The notes under the pieces are model-generated. The model did no database searches, was not told the origin of the DNA, and saw only the letters and a list, made by a program, of their open reading frames with translations. Source: Haloferax volcanii DS2 (lineage in GTDB: Archaea; Halobacteriota; Halobacteria; Halobacteriales; Haloferacaceae). From it: DNA of 32,000 bases. Shown piece by piece: positions 1 to 10,192 of the stretch. The DNA lies in contig NC_013966.1 in NCBI RefSeq assembly GCF_000025685.1, positions 270,001-302,000 on the forward strand. Reading direction: 5' to 3'. The stretch's first letter is position 1. Each line of letters begins with the position of its first letter. The position numbers were made by a program, and so were the translations under genes.

Positions 1-415
1 CTCAAAGCGACACCGCCCTCGTGATTGTATATTCTATTTTTGACATGAACATCCAGTTGAGGGTCCTCCCACCCAGTCGTCGGGGCGACTGTCTGGTGCC
101 GGGGCTGAGACCGTGCGCTTACCACCTCCGATCGAGGTATGAACAAATGATACAGTCACCAATCCTTATCGTATCGCTACTGTGCGGCATGAGACGGATG
201 TCTTGACCGACGGTGAAGACACGTAATGACACAGGCACGACAGTAATGGGTGTCCCAACGCAGTATTCGGATATAGTGAACACAATTCGAAGGGGACGAG
301 TCGTCCACTAATGCTCCGTGTAGGGTGCGCACTCGCTCGGTGGTCGAAGCTGCTATCGGACGAAGAGAGAACAGAAGTAGGCGTTGAGCGGCCGCGAGGC
401 ACGGAGCGCCGCGAC

Positions 416-1183
416 TCAGACCGACTCGCGGAGCGCCTTCCGAATCTGGTTGGCGGAACTGATGATGAGTCCGGGCACGTCCTGTTGGAAACGCTTTCCG
501 GACATGCTCTCCGAGGAACTCAACACGAATATCGACCCGACCCGACCGTCCTCGGGGTCGACGACGCCAGCGGCGAGACCGCGGAGGTCGGTCTGCCACT
601 CCTCGCGGTCCGACAAGAGGCCGCGAGTCTCCGCGGTGTCGAGTTCCTTACGGAGTGCGGCCGCGCTCGTAATCGTCTGGTCCGTGTGGCGGTCAAGTGA
701 CGTCGCATCGACGGCGTCGCGGCGGTCGTCCGCCGGGAGTTGTGCGAGCATCGCCTTCCCCGGGGCCGTGCAGTAGAGTGGGACCGTCTGTCCTTCGGTC
801 ACGGGCGGGGCCTCAACGTTCTGGCCGGTCCGCTCGTAGATGCAGACGCCCCGTCCGCGCTCGAATACGGTGAGGCCCGCGGCGAGTCCCGAAATCCGCG
901 CGAGTCGGTCGACCTCCGACTTCCCGACCCCGTAGAAGGGGGCTTCGGACCGGACCGAACAGCCGAGTTCGAAAAACCGAAGACTGCGTCGATACCGTTG
1001 GTTCTCCTTGACGACGAACCCCAGTTGTCGGAGCGTTTCGAGATGGTTGTGCACCGAACTCTTCGAGAGGCCGACCTCCGTCTCGACCTCGGTCAGGTTG
1101 GCGTCGCCGAGTTTCGAGAGCGCGTCCAGCACGCGCCCGCTCGTCGTCGTCGCCTTCACCGGTGGGTCTCCGCGCTCGTTCAT
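416..1183 (-). CDS. IclR-family transcriptional regulator
   Basis: ORF 416..1222. It has an N-terminal winged-HTH (LTEVETEVGLSKSSVHNHLETLRQLGFV) and a C-terminal IclR effector-type domain. I moved the start to ATG 1183 (MNERGD...) because an A/T box at 1209-1218 lies about 30 nt upstream, consistent with a leaderless mRNA. Confidence 0.85.
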   Translation of the reverse strand: MNERGDPPVKATTTSGRVLDALSKLGDANLTEVETEVGLSKSSVHNHLETLRQLGFVVKENQRYRRSLRFFELGCSVRSEAPFYGVGKSEVDRLARISGLAAGLTVFERGRGVCIYERTGQNVEAPPVTEGQTVPLYCTAPGKAMLAQLPADDRRDAVDATSLDRHTDQTITSAAALRKELDTAETRGLLSDREEWQTDLRGLAAGVVDPEDGRVGSIFVLSSSESMSGKRFQQDVPGLIISSANQIRKALRESV

Positions 1184-1208
1184 GGCCAAACGAAGAACGG
1201 AGTTTACC

Positions 1209-1218
1209 ATAAAAGTAT
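1209..1218 (-). promoter_or_regulatory. candidate TATA box for the IclR gene
   Basis: The plus strand reads ataaaagtat, centred about 30 nt upstream of ATG 1183, inside the 66-nt gap after the dehydratase stop. Confidence 0.35.
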
Positions 1219-1249
1219 TCACTATCGCCGAATCGGCCGCGTCGGTGGT

Positions 1250-2401
1250 TCACCACTCGGCGACGCTCCCGTCCTCATGGTACCATATCGGGCTCTGCCA
1301 GTCGACGCGGGACTGCGCGTGCTCGCGGACGGCCTCCTCATCTATCTTCACGCCGAGGCCGGGGGCGTCGGGAGCGGAGACGAAGCCGTCGTCGAACCCG
1401 AAGACGGCGGGGTCGTCGAGGTACCCGAGGAGGTCGTTCCCGTCGGCGCGGTGGATTTCGAGGTTCTGCGCCTGTGCGATGGCGTTCGGGAGCACCATAT
1501 CGAGGTGGAGACAGGAGGCGAACGAAATCGGCCCCAGCGGGCAGTGAAGCGAGACGAGCATATCTTTCGCCTCGGCCGCCGTGGCTATCTTGCGGACCTC
1601 CGAGATACCCCCGGCGTGGGACGGGGAGGGTTGAAGCACGTCGATGGCGTCGAGTTCCAGCGTCCGCTCGAAGTCCCAGCGGGAGTACAGGCGTTCGCCG
1701 GTCGCGAGAGGGACCTTGGTTCGGTTCTCGATGCGCGGCAGGGAGCGCGCGTGTTCGGGGAGGACAGGCTCCTCGTAGAACATCGGATCGAGCGGGTCGA
1801 GTTCGTCGGCGACCCATTTCGCCATCCCGGTCGTGATGCGCCCACGGAAGTCGACGACGATGTCCACGTCGTCCCCGACCTCGGATCGGACGGCTTCGAG
1901 GCGCTCGCGGACCCGGGCCACCGCGGCCGGGGAGTCGATGCGGTCTAACTGCGAGACGGCGGAGAGCTTCAGGCAGTCGTAGCCGCGGTCGACCTCCTCG
2001 GCCGCGGCGCGCGCGATGGCCTCGGGCGTCTCGCCGCCGACCCACTGGTAGACCCGAATCCGGTCGCGGGCCTTTCCGCCGAGGAGGTCGTAGACGGGTG
2101 CGCCGTAGTGTTTCCCCTTGATGTCCCACAGCGCTTGGTCGATACCGCCGATAGCGCTCATGAGAACCGGGCCGCCCCGGAAGTGCCGCCCACGATACAT
2201 CGCCTGCCAGTGGCGCTCGATTTCGAGCGGGTCGGTCCCGAGGAGGTAGTTGTCGACCATCTCCTCGACGGCGGCCTTCGTCGTCTTCGCGTAGCCCTCC
2301 ACGATTGGCTCCCCCCAGCCGCAGACGCCCGCGTCGGTTTCGAGCTTGAGGAAGACCCACCGGGGCGGGACTTCGAACAGTTCGTACCCGGTTATTTCCA
2401 T
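1250..2401 (-). CDS. enolase-superfamily sugar-acid dehydratase, D-galactonate dehydratase (DgoD)-like
   Basis: ORF 1250..2509 trimmed to ATG 2401 (MEITGYELFEVPPRWVFLKLETD...). It is colinear with DgoD-type proteins along its whole length (GGIDQALWDIKGK, metal ligands D184/E210/E236, HCPLGP His286, C-terminal HEDGSVAEW). Two catalytic positions differ, as described in the findings. Confidence 0.85.
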   Translation of the reverse strand: MEITGYELFEVPPRWVFLKLETDAGVCGWGEPIVEGYAKTTKAAVEEMVDNYLLGTDPLEIERHWQAMYRGRHFRGGPVLMSAIGGIDQALWDIKGKHYGAPVYDLLGGKARDRIRVYQWVGGETPEAIARAAAEEVDRGYDCLKLSAVSQLDRIDSPAAVARVRERLEAVRSEVGDDVDIVVDFRGRITTGMAKWVADELDPLDPMFYEEPVLPEHARSLPRIENRTKVPLATGERLYSRWDFERTLELDAIDVLQPSPSHAGGISEVRKIATAAEAKDMLVSLHCPLGPISFASCLHLDMVLPNAIAQAQNLEIHRADGNDLLGYLDDPAVFGFDDGFVSAPDAPGLGVKIDEEAVREHAQSRVDWQSPIWYHEDGSVAEW

Positions 2402-2513
2402 GGGCGAACCGACGATCCGCGGTCGTAAAGTAGTTTGTCCGACTGCGGCGGCCCGCCCGCGACGAACGCCGAGAAAAACACGGGTCGCGTCGGACCGTCG
2501 CTGTTGCAACCCC

Positions 2514-2523
2514 TAGAATTATC
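2514..2523 (+). promoter_or_regulatory. candidate TATA box for the fused aldolase gene
   Basis: tagaattatc is centred about 29 nt upstream of ATG 2548, in the divergent intergenic region 2402-2547. Confidence 0.35.
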
Positions 2524-2547
2524 ACCCCCCCTCTGGATAGAACAATC

Positions 2548-3888
2548 ATGACGGTGAACGAGCCTCAGCGTCTAGTCAGTACGCTCGGCAAGCGCATGCT
2601 GGCAGACGGCCTCACGAAAGGAACCGGCGGAAACATCAGCGTCAGGGCGGACGACGGAACTGTCGCCATCAGCCCCTCGGGGATGCCCTACGAAGAAATC
2701 GAACCCGAGGACGTACCGATACTCGACATCAACGGAGAACGAGTCGCCGGCGACCGCAAGCCATCGAGCGAGTTCCGGATGCACACGGACGTGCTCCGCC
2801 AGCGCGAGGACGTGGGCGCGGTGGTCCACAACCACTCCCCGTACGCCAGCACTTTCGCCAGTATCGACGAACCAGTCGGCCCCTCGCACTACCTCATCGC
2901 GTTCATCGGCGACGAGATTCCCGTGGCGAGTTACGAAACCTACGGGACCGCTGAACTCGCCGACGTGGCGGTGGAGACGTTAGGCGACGACTACAACGCC
3001 TGTCTCCTCGAAAAACACGGCGTCCTCGCTACCGGTGCGACCGCCGAGGAGGCGTACGAGGTGGCGCTCATGGTCGAGTACTGTGCCCGCATCCACTACC
3101 AGGCGCGCAGCGTCGGCGAGCCCTCGCTGCTCCCCGACGAGGAAATCGACACTCTCCTCGACCGCTTCGCCGACTACGGGCAGACGCAGTCGGCCGACGA
3201 GGACGGGCCGGACCCGACCGGGGATCGCGTCCCCGCCGACCGACTATCCGACCTCGCGTCGCACCGCTCGGCGGTCAGCGAGTTCGGCCGTGAGATGCTC
3301 CATCAGGGACTGACCGAGGGGACCGGCGGAAACATCAGCGCGCAGGCCGACGACCTCGTCGCCATCAGTCCCTCGGGGATGCCCTACGACGAGATCGAAT
3401 CCGAGGACGTGCCCGTCGTCACGCTGGACGGCGAGTTGGTCGCCGGCGACCGCAAGCCGTCGAGCGAGGTCCGTATGCATACCGGCATCCTCCGCGAGCG
3501 CGAGGACGCGGGCGCGGTAGTCCACAATCACTCCCCGTACGCCAGCACCTTCGCGAGCCTCGGCGAGCCGATTCCGGCCTCGCACTACCTCATCGCCTTT
3601 GCCGGCGACGAGATTCCCGTCGCGGGGTACGAGACTTACGGGACGCAGGGACTGGCCGACCTCGCTCTGGAGGCACTGGGCGACGACTACAACGCCTGTC
3701 TCCTCGAAAACCACGGCGTCGTCGCCGTCGGCGACTCCGTCGCGGAGGCGTACGAGGTGGCGCTCATGGTCGAGTACTGCGCCCGCATCCACTACCAGGC
3801 GCTCAACATCGGCGAGCCCTCGCTACTCCCCGACGAGGAAATCGATACCCTCCTCGACCGCTTCGCCGACTACGGACAGGACCACTAA
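2548..3888 (+). CDS. tandem-duplicated (two-domain) class II aldolase/adducin-N family protein
   Basis: A 446-aa ORF containing two complete FucA/AraD-like domains. Each has GTGGNIS, PSSE.RMH and [10 protein letters not shown] motifs and ends in [19 protein letters not shown]. An acidic linker ([24 protein letters not shown]) joins them. Confidence 0.85.
2569..3183 (+). repeat. internal gene duplication, copy 1 (aldolase domain 1)
   Basis: Aligns with 3268-3879 at an offset of 696-699 nt. The alignment contains a 1-codon indel. Confidence 0.85.
3268..3879 (+). repeat. internal gene duplication, copy 2 (aldolase domain 2)
   Basis: The last ~137 nt (3745-3881) differ from 3049-3185 at only 8 positions. 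Identity is lower in the middle of the domains (roughly 80-85% by eye). Confidence 0.85.
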
Positions 3889-4044
3889 ACGGGCCGTCCT
3901 CGGAGCGACCGTCGAGTCGGCACACCGGCGAATCGCCGGTCACGGCTCGGAGAAGCGCCGAATCGAGACCCGTGTCACGGAAGGCGCGTGAGCGGTGCCG
4001 CCGCCGCGTCCGACCCGCGACCGCGGAAAATTCGGTGAGCACAA

Positions 4045-4054
4045 CAATTATTAC
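4045..4054 (+). promoter_or_regulatory. candidate TATA box for glpA
   Basis: caattattac lies about 30-38 nt upstream of ATG 4083. Confidence 0.3.
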
Positions 4055-4082
4055 GTCGCTACCCATGGTTCTTCATAATTAT

Positions 4083-5774
4083 ATGAGCTACTCAGTCGTC
4101 GTTATCGGCGGTGGAGCCACCGGTACGGGGACCGCCCGCGACCTCGCGATGCGCGGCTTCGACGTGACGCTCGTGGAGCGGGGGAATCTCACAGAGGGGA
4201 CGACCGGGCGCACCCACGGCCACCTCCACAGCGGGGCCCGCTACGCGGTGTCGGACAAAGAGAGCGCCGTCGACTGCATGCGGGAAAACCGGGTGCTCCA
4301 CCGCATCGCGGGCCACTGTATCGAGGACACCGGCGGGCTGTTCGTCCAGTTGGAGGGCGACTCCGACGACTACTTCGAACGGAAGTTGGCCGGGTGTGCG
4401 GAGTGCGACATCCCGACCGAGGTCATCTCGGGCGAGGAGGCGAGACGGCGCGAACCCTACCTCACCGACGCGGTCGAGCGTGCCATATGGGTTCCCGACG
4501 GCGCGGTCGACCCGTTCCGCCTCTGCGTGGCGAACGCCGCGAGCGCCGTCGAACACGGCGCGCGCATCGAGACGCACGCGGAAGTCGTCGACCTTGTCGT
4601 CGAGGGCGGACGGGTGGCCGGCGTCGAAGTCAAGCGACAGGGGCCGAACCACCACAGCGAGGGCGCGGCGGGCGACACCGAGACGTTCGAGGCGGACTAC
4701 GTTGTCAGTGCGACCGGCGCGTGGGCGGGACAGTTGGCGGCGATGGCCGGCGTCGACCTCGAAATGGCGATTTCGAAGGGCGCGATGGTCGTCACCAACG
4801 TCCGGCAGTTGGACACGGTCATCAACCGCTGTCTCCCGAAGGGCGAGGGCGATACCATCATCCCCCACGAGACGACGGTCCTGCTCGGCGCAAACGACGA
4901 CCCGGTTGACGACCCAGACGACTACCCCGAAGAGCAGTGGGAAGTGGACATGATGATTGACATCGCCTCCGAGATGGTTCCGGTGGTCGCCGACGCCCGC
5001 ATGATACGCGCCTACTGGGGCGTCAGACCGCTGTACGACCCGAACCCGAAGTCGACGACCGACCCCGGCGACGTGACGCGGAACTACTTCGTGCTCGACC
5101 ACGCCGAGCGCGACGGAGTCGCGGGGTTCGCCTCCGTCGTCGGCGGCAAGCTCACCACCTACCGAGAGATGGCGGAGTCCGTCAGCGACCACGTCTGCGA
5201 GGTACTGGGCGTCGAGGAACCCTGCCGGACGGACGAGGTTCCGCTCCCCGGGAGCGCCGACCCCTCGGCGCTCGACGAGTACATGGACGAGTTCGACCTG
5301 CGCTCGCCCATCGCCCGCAGAAGCGGTCAGCGACTCGGCGACAGGGCTCCCGAGGTGCTCGACATCGACGAGCCGAACCCGACGCTCTGCGAGTGCGAGG
5401 CAGTCACCCGCGCCGAGGTCAGAGACGCCATCGACCAAGTCGGCGCGGACCTCAACGGGGTCCGCCTCCGAACCCGTGCGTCGATGGGGAACTGTCAGGG
5501 CGGCTTCTGTAGTCATCGGCTGGGAGCCGAACTCTATCCCGACCACGGAGCCGAGGTCGCCCGCGACGCCGTCGACGAACTGTATCAGGAGCGCTGGAAG
5601 GGTCAGCGTCACGCCCTCTGGGGCGAACAGCTCTCGCAGGCTATGCTCAACGCCATGCTTCACGCGACGACGATGAATCACGACGCGAATCACGTCGCCG
5701 GCGACGAGAACATCGAGTACCGCGCCTTCGACGGGGGACGGACCGCAGTTCCGGAGGGCAGCCATGGCGATTGA
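4083..5774 (+). CDS. glpA: anaerobic glycerol-3-phosphate dehydrogenase subunit A
   Basis: ORF 3972..5774 trimmed to ATG 4083 ([25 protein letters not shown], an FAD fold motif). The C-terminus has a BFD-like 2Fe-2S motif ([11 protein letters not shown]...MGNCQGGFC). glpB and glpC follow it. Confidence 0.9.
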
Positions 5775-7122
5775 GAGCGACGTGCTCGTCGTCGGCGGCG
5801 GACTCGCCGGGATGGCAAGCGCGGTCGCGGCCGCCCGCGAGGGCGTGACGGTCAGATTGGTCTCCCACAAGAAGACGACGCTTCGACAGGCGTCGGGGCT
5901 GGTCGACGCCCTCGGCTACGTGCCGTCGCGGGACTCGGCGGCAGAGGGGGCGGATTACGTCACCCAAGGGCGCGCAGACTTCCGAGCGGTGCGGTCGAAC
6001 CGGGACGCGTACCAGGGACCGCTCGTCAGACCGACCGACGGATTCGACGACCTCCCGGCGGACCACCCCTACTCGCTCGTCGGCGAGTCCGCCCTGCGGG
6101 ACGGCCTCGCGCTGTTTGACGACCTCACTGGTGACGCGTATCACGGCGGCCACACGGACCGTAACGCGCTCCTGCCGACGTTCGGCGGCGCGGTGAAGCC
6201 GACCGCACGATACCCGCGCGCCGCGGCCGAAGGGCTGGCGAGCGACGACCGACCGATGCTCGTCGTCGGCTTCCGATCGTTCACGGACTTCGACGCCCGC
6301 ATGCTCGCGGACTCGCTTGAGGCCGCGGGCGTCCCGTTTCCCGTCGCCGGCGTCGAAATCGAGTTCGCCGAGGAGTTCCGGGCGGACGCACCGGTGACGC
6401 GAATCGCGAAGGCGCTGGACCACGACGAGCGCCTCGACGGGACTCCGGTGAGGCGGGCGCTCGTGGACGCCGTGAAGCCGTACGTCGACCGCGCGGAGCG
6501 CGTGGGCTTTCCGGCCGTGCTCGGCGACGACCGCGCCGACGCGGTTCGGGCGGCGCTCTCGGAGCGACTCGGCGTCGACGTGTTCGAGATTCCGATGGGG
6601 CCGCCGAGCCTCCCCGGCCTCCGGCTGGAGGACCGTCTCTACGACGCGCTCGACGCCGAGGGCGTCCTGTACGAGACCGGGAACCCCGTCGTCGGCTACG
6701 AGACCGATGGCGAGTCGGGGCACGTCGATGCGGTGCTCGTTGACCGGAAAGGCCGAGAGGTGCCGTACGCGGCCGACTCGTTCGTCCTCGCGACTGGCGG
6801 CCTCGTCGGCAAGGGCCTCGACTCCGACCGGACGGCGGTCAGAGAGCCCGTGTTCGACTGCCGCGTCCCCCAACCGTCGGACCGCTACGACTGGTTCGTT
6901 GACGACGCGTTCGGGGCGCATCCCTACGCCCGCTTCGGCGTCGAACCGGACGCTAAGATGCGGCCGCTCGCCGCCGACGGAACACCGGAGTTCGAGAACC
7001 TCTTCGCCGCCGGCGCGGTGGTCGGCGGCGCGGACGCCGCCCGGGAGAAGTCCGCTGCGGGCGTCTCTCTCGCAACGGGTGTTGTCGCGGGACGCAACGC
7101 CGCGAAGGAACTCGGAGACTGA
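5764..7122 (+). CDS. glpB: anaerobic glycerol-3-phosphate dehydrogenase subunit B
   Basis: Begins [27 protein letters not shown] (FAD motif). Its start overlaps the glpA stop by 11 nt. It occupies the expected position between glpA and glpC. Confidence 0.85.
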
Positions 7123-7184
7123 CGGCGAGACGGCCGGCGACACGGACGACCGAACGACAACAGACACGACCCACACACGAGACT

Positions 7185-8621
7185 ATGACAGCGAGCGACG
7201 ACAGAGACCGAACGACCGAATCGAATCGGACGAACAGCCACGACCAGACGATTGAGAGAGACAGGACGACCAGCGGGGGAAAACAGCGACGAACCGACGG
7301 GGAACGACGAGTCACTGACGGCGGGGTTGCGGCCGCGTCAGCCTCCGAGAGTGCCGAGTACGATACCGGCTCGGAACTGACCGACGTGTTCGAGGAGGGC
7401 GACCTCGACCTCCGAGCGGGCGCGGACGACTGCTACAAATGCACTGCCTGCGACACGTCCTGCCCGGTCGCTGAGGTGGACGAGGAGTTTCCCGGACCGA
7501 AGTTCCAAGGGCCGGAGCAGTGGCGACTCAAGCGCAAAGATGACGCCGACATTGACGACTCCGTCATGTCGTGTTCGAACTGCATGCGCTGTGACTCGGC
7601 GTGCCCGTCGAGCGTCCCGCTCAGCCAGATGCACAACGAGGCCCGCGGCGAGTACGTGAGTGAACAGATGAGCACGCTCTCGCGGGAGTACGTCCGCAAC
7701 CGCATCCTCGCCAACTACCGGACCTCGGCCGCGGTCGCGTCGGCGGTTCCGCGACTCGCGAACTTCGCCATGAACTTCGGCCCGGCGCGCTGGGCGATGG
7801 AGAAACTGCTGGGCGTCACCGCCGAACGCGACTTCCCCGAGTTCGCGTCGCAGACGTTCCGGGAGTGGTGGCGCGAACGCGGCGGGGCGCGGGTGGAGAA
7901 CCCCGAAAAGCGGGTCGCCTACTTCCACGGCTGTTACGCCAACTACAACACGCCGGAGGTGGCGAAGGCGATGGTCCGCGTCTTCGAGCAGTTCGGTTAC
8001 GAGGTCCTCGTCCCGCCGCAGGGGTGCTCGGGGACGCCGATGTTCGCGAACGGCATGCTCGACGACGCGCGACGACACGCCGAGACGAACGTCGAACACC
8101 TCGCGGCCGCGCTGGCGGACGGCGCGGACGTCATCGCCTCGTGTACCTCCTGTTCGCTGTCGCTCCGGCAGGAGTATCCCGAGCTGTTCGACATCGACGG
8201 TATCGAGGACGTCTCGGACAACACGTTCGAGGCGCTGGAGTACCTCCGCATCCACGAGAACCTGCGGGGCGCGCTGGCCGACGCCGAACTCGACGGGGAG
8301 TCGTTCGGCTACCACGGACCGTGCCACGCTCGCAATCAGGGGCTCCACCGGCAGGTCGTCGAACTGTTCCGCGACGTCGACGGCGTCGAAATAGAGGACG
8401 TGGGTGACTCCTGTTCCGGCATCTCGGGGACCTACGGCTGGAAGGAAGAGAAGTACGACAAGTCGATGAAAATCGGCGAGGAGATGTTCGACCACATGCG
8501 CCACGCCGAGGGCGACGCGGGCATCACCGAGTGTCCCACCTGCGCGATGCAGATGGAACACGGCACGGGCTACGAGATACGCCACCCGCTCGAACTGCTC
8601 GAAGACGCGCTCGTCGAGTGA
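7185..8621 (+). CDS. glpC: anaerobic glycerol-3-phosphate dehydrogenase subunit C (Fe-S/CCG-domain protein)
   Basis: Has two ferredoxin-type motifs (CYKCTACDTSCP and CSNCMRCDSACP) and C-terminal cysteine-rich CCG-type domains. The start is uncertain. ATG 7185 adds a ~67-aa low-complexity extension, and the in-frame GTG 7386 (VFEEGDLDL...) is an alternative. Confidence 0.85.
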   Translation: MTASDDRDRTTESNRTNSHDQTIERDRTTSGGKQRRTDGERRVTDGGVAAASASESAEYDTGSELTDVFEEGDLDLRAGADDCYKCTACDTSCPVAEVDEEFPGPKFQGPEQWRLKRKDDADIDDSVMSCSNCMRCDSACPSSVPLSQMHNEARGEYVSEQMSTLSREYVRNRILANYRTSAAVASAVPRLANFAMNFGPARWAMEKLLGVTAERDFPEFASQTFREWWRERGGARVENPEKRVAYFHGCYANYNTPEVAKAMVRVFEQFGYEVLVPPQGCSGTPMFANGMLDDARRHAETNVEHLAAALADGADVIASCTSCSLSLRQEYPELFDIDGIEDVSDNTFEALEYLRIHENLRGALADAELDGESFGYHGPCHARNQGLHRQVVELFRDVDGVEIEDVGDSCSGISGTYGWKEEKYDKSMKIGEEMFDHMRHAEGDAGITECPTCAMQMEHGTGYEIRHPLELLEDALVE

Positions 8622-8688
8622 CGGCCGGGGGAGAACTCCGACGAAAAATGACCGGATTTATGTGTCCGCGTACGGGCATTACGCATGC

Positions 8689-9132
8689 ATGGTGGAAGCA
8701 ATCCCGCTAGACGTAGCAACGCAGTTGATCGAAGCGGCCGAGACCCGGGCCGACGAGATCGAGAACCCCATGGTCGTCACGGTCGCCAATAGCGAGGGGA
8801 ACCTCATCGCGCAGCACCGGATGGACGGCGCGTGGCTCGCCTCCGTCAACATCTCACGTAACAAGGCCTACACGTCCGCCGCTCTCGACATGCCGACGCA
8901 CGAACTCGCCGAGGCGTCCGAGCCGGGGAACTCGCTGTACGGGCTGGACACGCGAGACGACGGCCGGATGGTCGTCTTCGGCGGCGGCTACCCGCTCGAA
9001 CGCGACGGCGAAGTCGTCGGCGCTATCGGCGTCTCCGGCGGCGCTGTCACGCAGGACCGCGACGTCGCCGAGGCCGGTGTCGAGCGCTGGACCAAACTCG
9101 TCGAAGCGGACGCGGTTCCGAGCGACGACTGA
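8689..9132 (+). CDS. GlcG/HbpS-like (DUF336) heme-binding-type protein
   Basis: ORF 8662..9132. Family motifs are NISRNKAYTSAAL and GGGYPL...GAIGVSGG. ATG 8689 (MVEAIPLD) is the more likely start. Confidence 0.75.
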   Translation: MVEAIPLDVATQLIEAAETRADEIENPMVVTVANSEGNLIAQHRMDGAWLASVNISRNKAYTSAALDMPTHELAEASEPGNSLYGLDTRDDGRMVVFGGGYPLERDGEVVGAIGVSGGAVTQDRDVAEAGVERWTKLVEADAVPSDD

Positions 9133-9372
9133 GCCGTTCCGAGGAAACGCGAGCGACTGACGACTGACCGCGGGAGCGACCGGACTCGGAGGTCGACGAC
9201 GCCGGCGGCGAGACCGCGACCGGTCCGAGCCGTGACCGCGGTTCGAGAACGCTCACGCAGGCACCCACGGGGCGTCTGTCCCGCCTCGCTTTTCGCAACC
9301 GCCGCGGCGTCGGTCACCGCCCACATGTCGATATTTCGGTAGTTTTAGACCGGGTGCGCGCGTTGTGGACGT

Positions 9373-10086
9373 ATGGCATCCGTGACCGTATGGAACGAGT
9401 ACGTACAGGAGCGAACGGACGAGGAAGTCGCCGCGGTCTACCCCGACGGCATCCACGCGGTGCTCGCCGAGGCCCTCGAATCGCGGGGTCACGACGTGCG
9501 TGTCGCGACGTTCGACGAACCTGACCACGGCCTCACCGAGGCGGTGCTCGACGACACCGACGCGTTGATCTGGTGGGGTCACAAGGCCCACGAGGCGGTC
9601 GAAGACGCGGTCGTCGAGCGGGTCTGCGAACACGTCTACGACGGCATGGGGTTCGTCCCGTTGCACTCCGCGCACTTCTCGAAGGTGTTCAAGCGACTGA
9701 TGGGCACGCCCTGTTCGCTCCGGTACCGCGAGTCCGGCGAGCGAGAGCGAGTGTGGGTGGTCGACCCCGGCCACCCCATCGCCGACGGTCTCGACGAGTC
9801 TTTTGTCGTCCCGGAGACGGAGATGTACGGCGAACCGTTCGCGGTCCCCGAGCCCGACCGTCTAGTGTTCGCCTCGTGGTTCGAGGGCGGCGAGGTGTTC
9901 CGCTCCGGCTGTTGCTACCGGCGCGGTAGCGGTCGGATATTCTACTTCCGCCCCGGCCACGAGACCTATCCGGTGTACGAGGTTCCCGTCGTGCGAGAGG
10001 TGCTCGACAACGCGGTCAGATGGGCGGCCGCGGGCGGTGACGAGGCGGTTCCGACGGCGAACCGCGCGGTCGACCCGGTCGAGTGA
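9373..10086 (+). CDS. ThuA-like (trehalose-utilisation domain) protein
   Basis: Carries characteristic ThuA-family strings: VWNEY..., [52 protein letters not shown] and [11 protein letters not shown]. Confidence 0.8.
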   Translation: MASVTVWNEYVQERTDEEVAAVYPDGIHAVLAEALESRGHDVRVATFDEPDHGLTEAVLDDTDALIWWGHKAHEAVEDAVVERVCEHVYDGMGFVPLHSAHFSKVFKRLMGTPCSLRYRESGERERVWVVDPGHPIADGLDESFVVPETEMYGEPFAVPEPDRLVFASWFEGGEVFRSGCCYRRGSGRIFYFRPGHETYPVYEVPVVREVLDNAVRWAAAGGDEAVPTANRAVDPVE

Positions 10087-10192
10087 GCGGCGCGGCCGAG
10101 GGTGCTCGGGGCGTTGCGGGACGGGACGAGACAGGATGGAACGAGACGGAACGGGACGAACCGAATTCGGGAAGGGACGACCGCCGTCCGAG

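Noticed and set aside
1-415. Small ORFs (21-206 on the plus strand, 166-402 and 177-599 on the minus strand) and an AT-rich patch at the left edge of the window.
   Set aside because: The products are basic or Cys/Arg-rich with no motifs. The region is probably the 3' flank of the IclR gene plus a promoter or terminator for a gene outside the window. Nothing here is supportable.
3972-4082. N-terminal extensions in the ORF track: glpA from 3972, dgoD-like to 2509, sfsA from 14966, TFS-like to 18033, second enolase from 26202, SDR from 27462 and IclR genes to 1222 and 19475.
   Set aside because: The extensions are basic or low-complexity and unlike the rest of each protein. Family-typical N-termini begin at internal ATGs that have an A/T box about 27-31 nt upstream.
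4092-5870. A long 592-aa ORF antisense to glpA. Similar long antisense or off-frame ORFs occur at 740-1948, 1338-2549, 5647-7176, 7338-8585, 9966-10790, 10859-12574, 24919-25671, 25505-26362 and 30009-31013.
   Set aside because: These are typical high-GC shadow ORFs. Their products are Arg/Pro/Gly/Val-rich and basic, unlike acidic haloarchaeal proteins. Each one overlaps a gene with clear family motifs in another frame or on the other strand.
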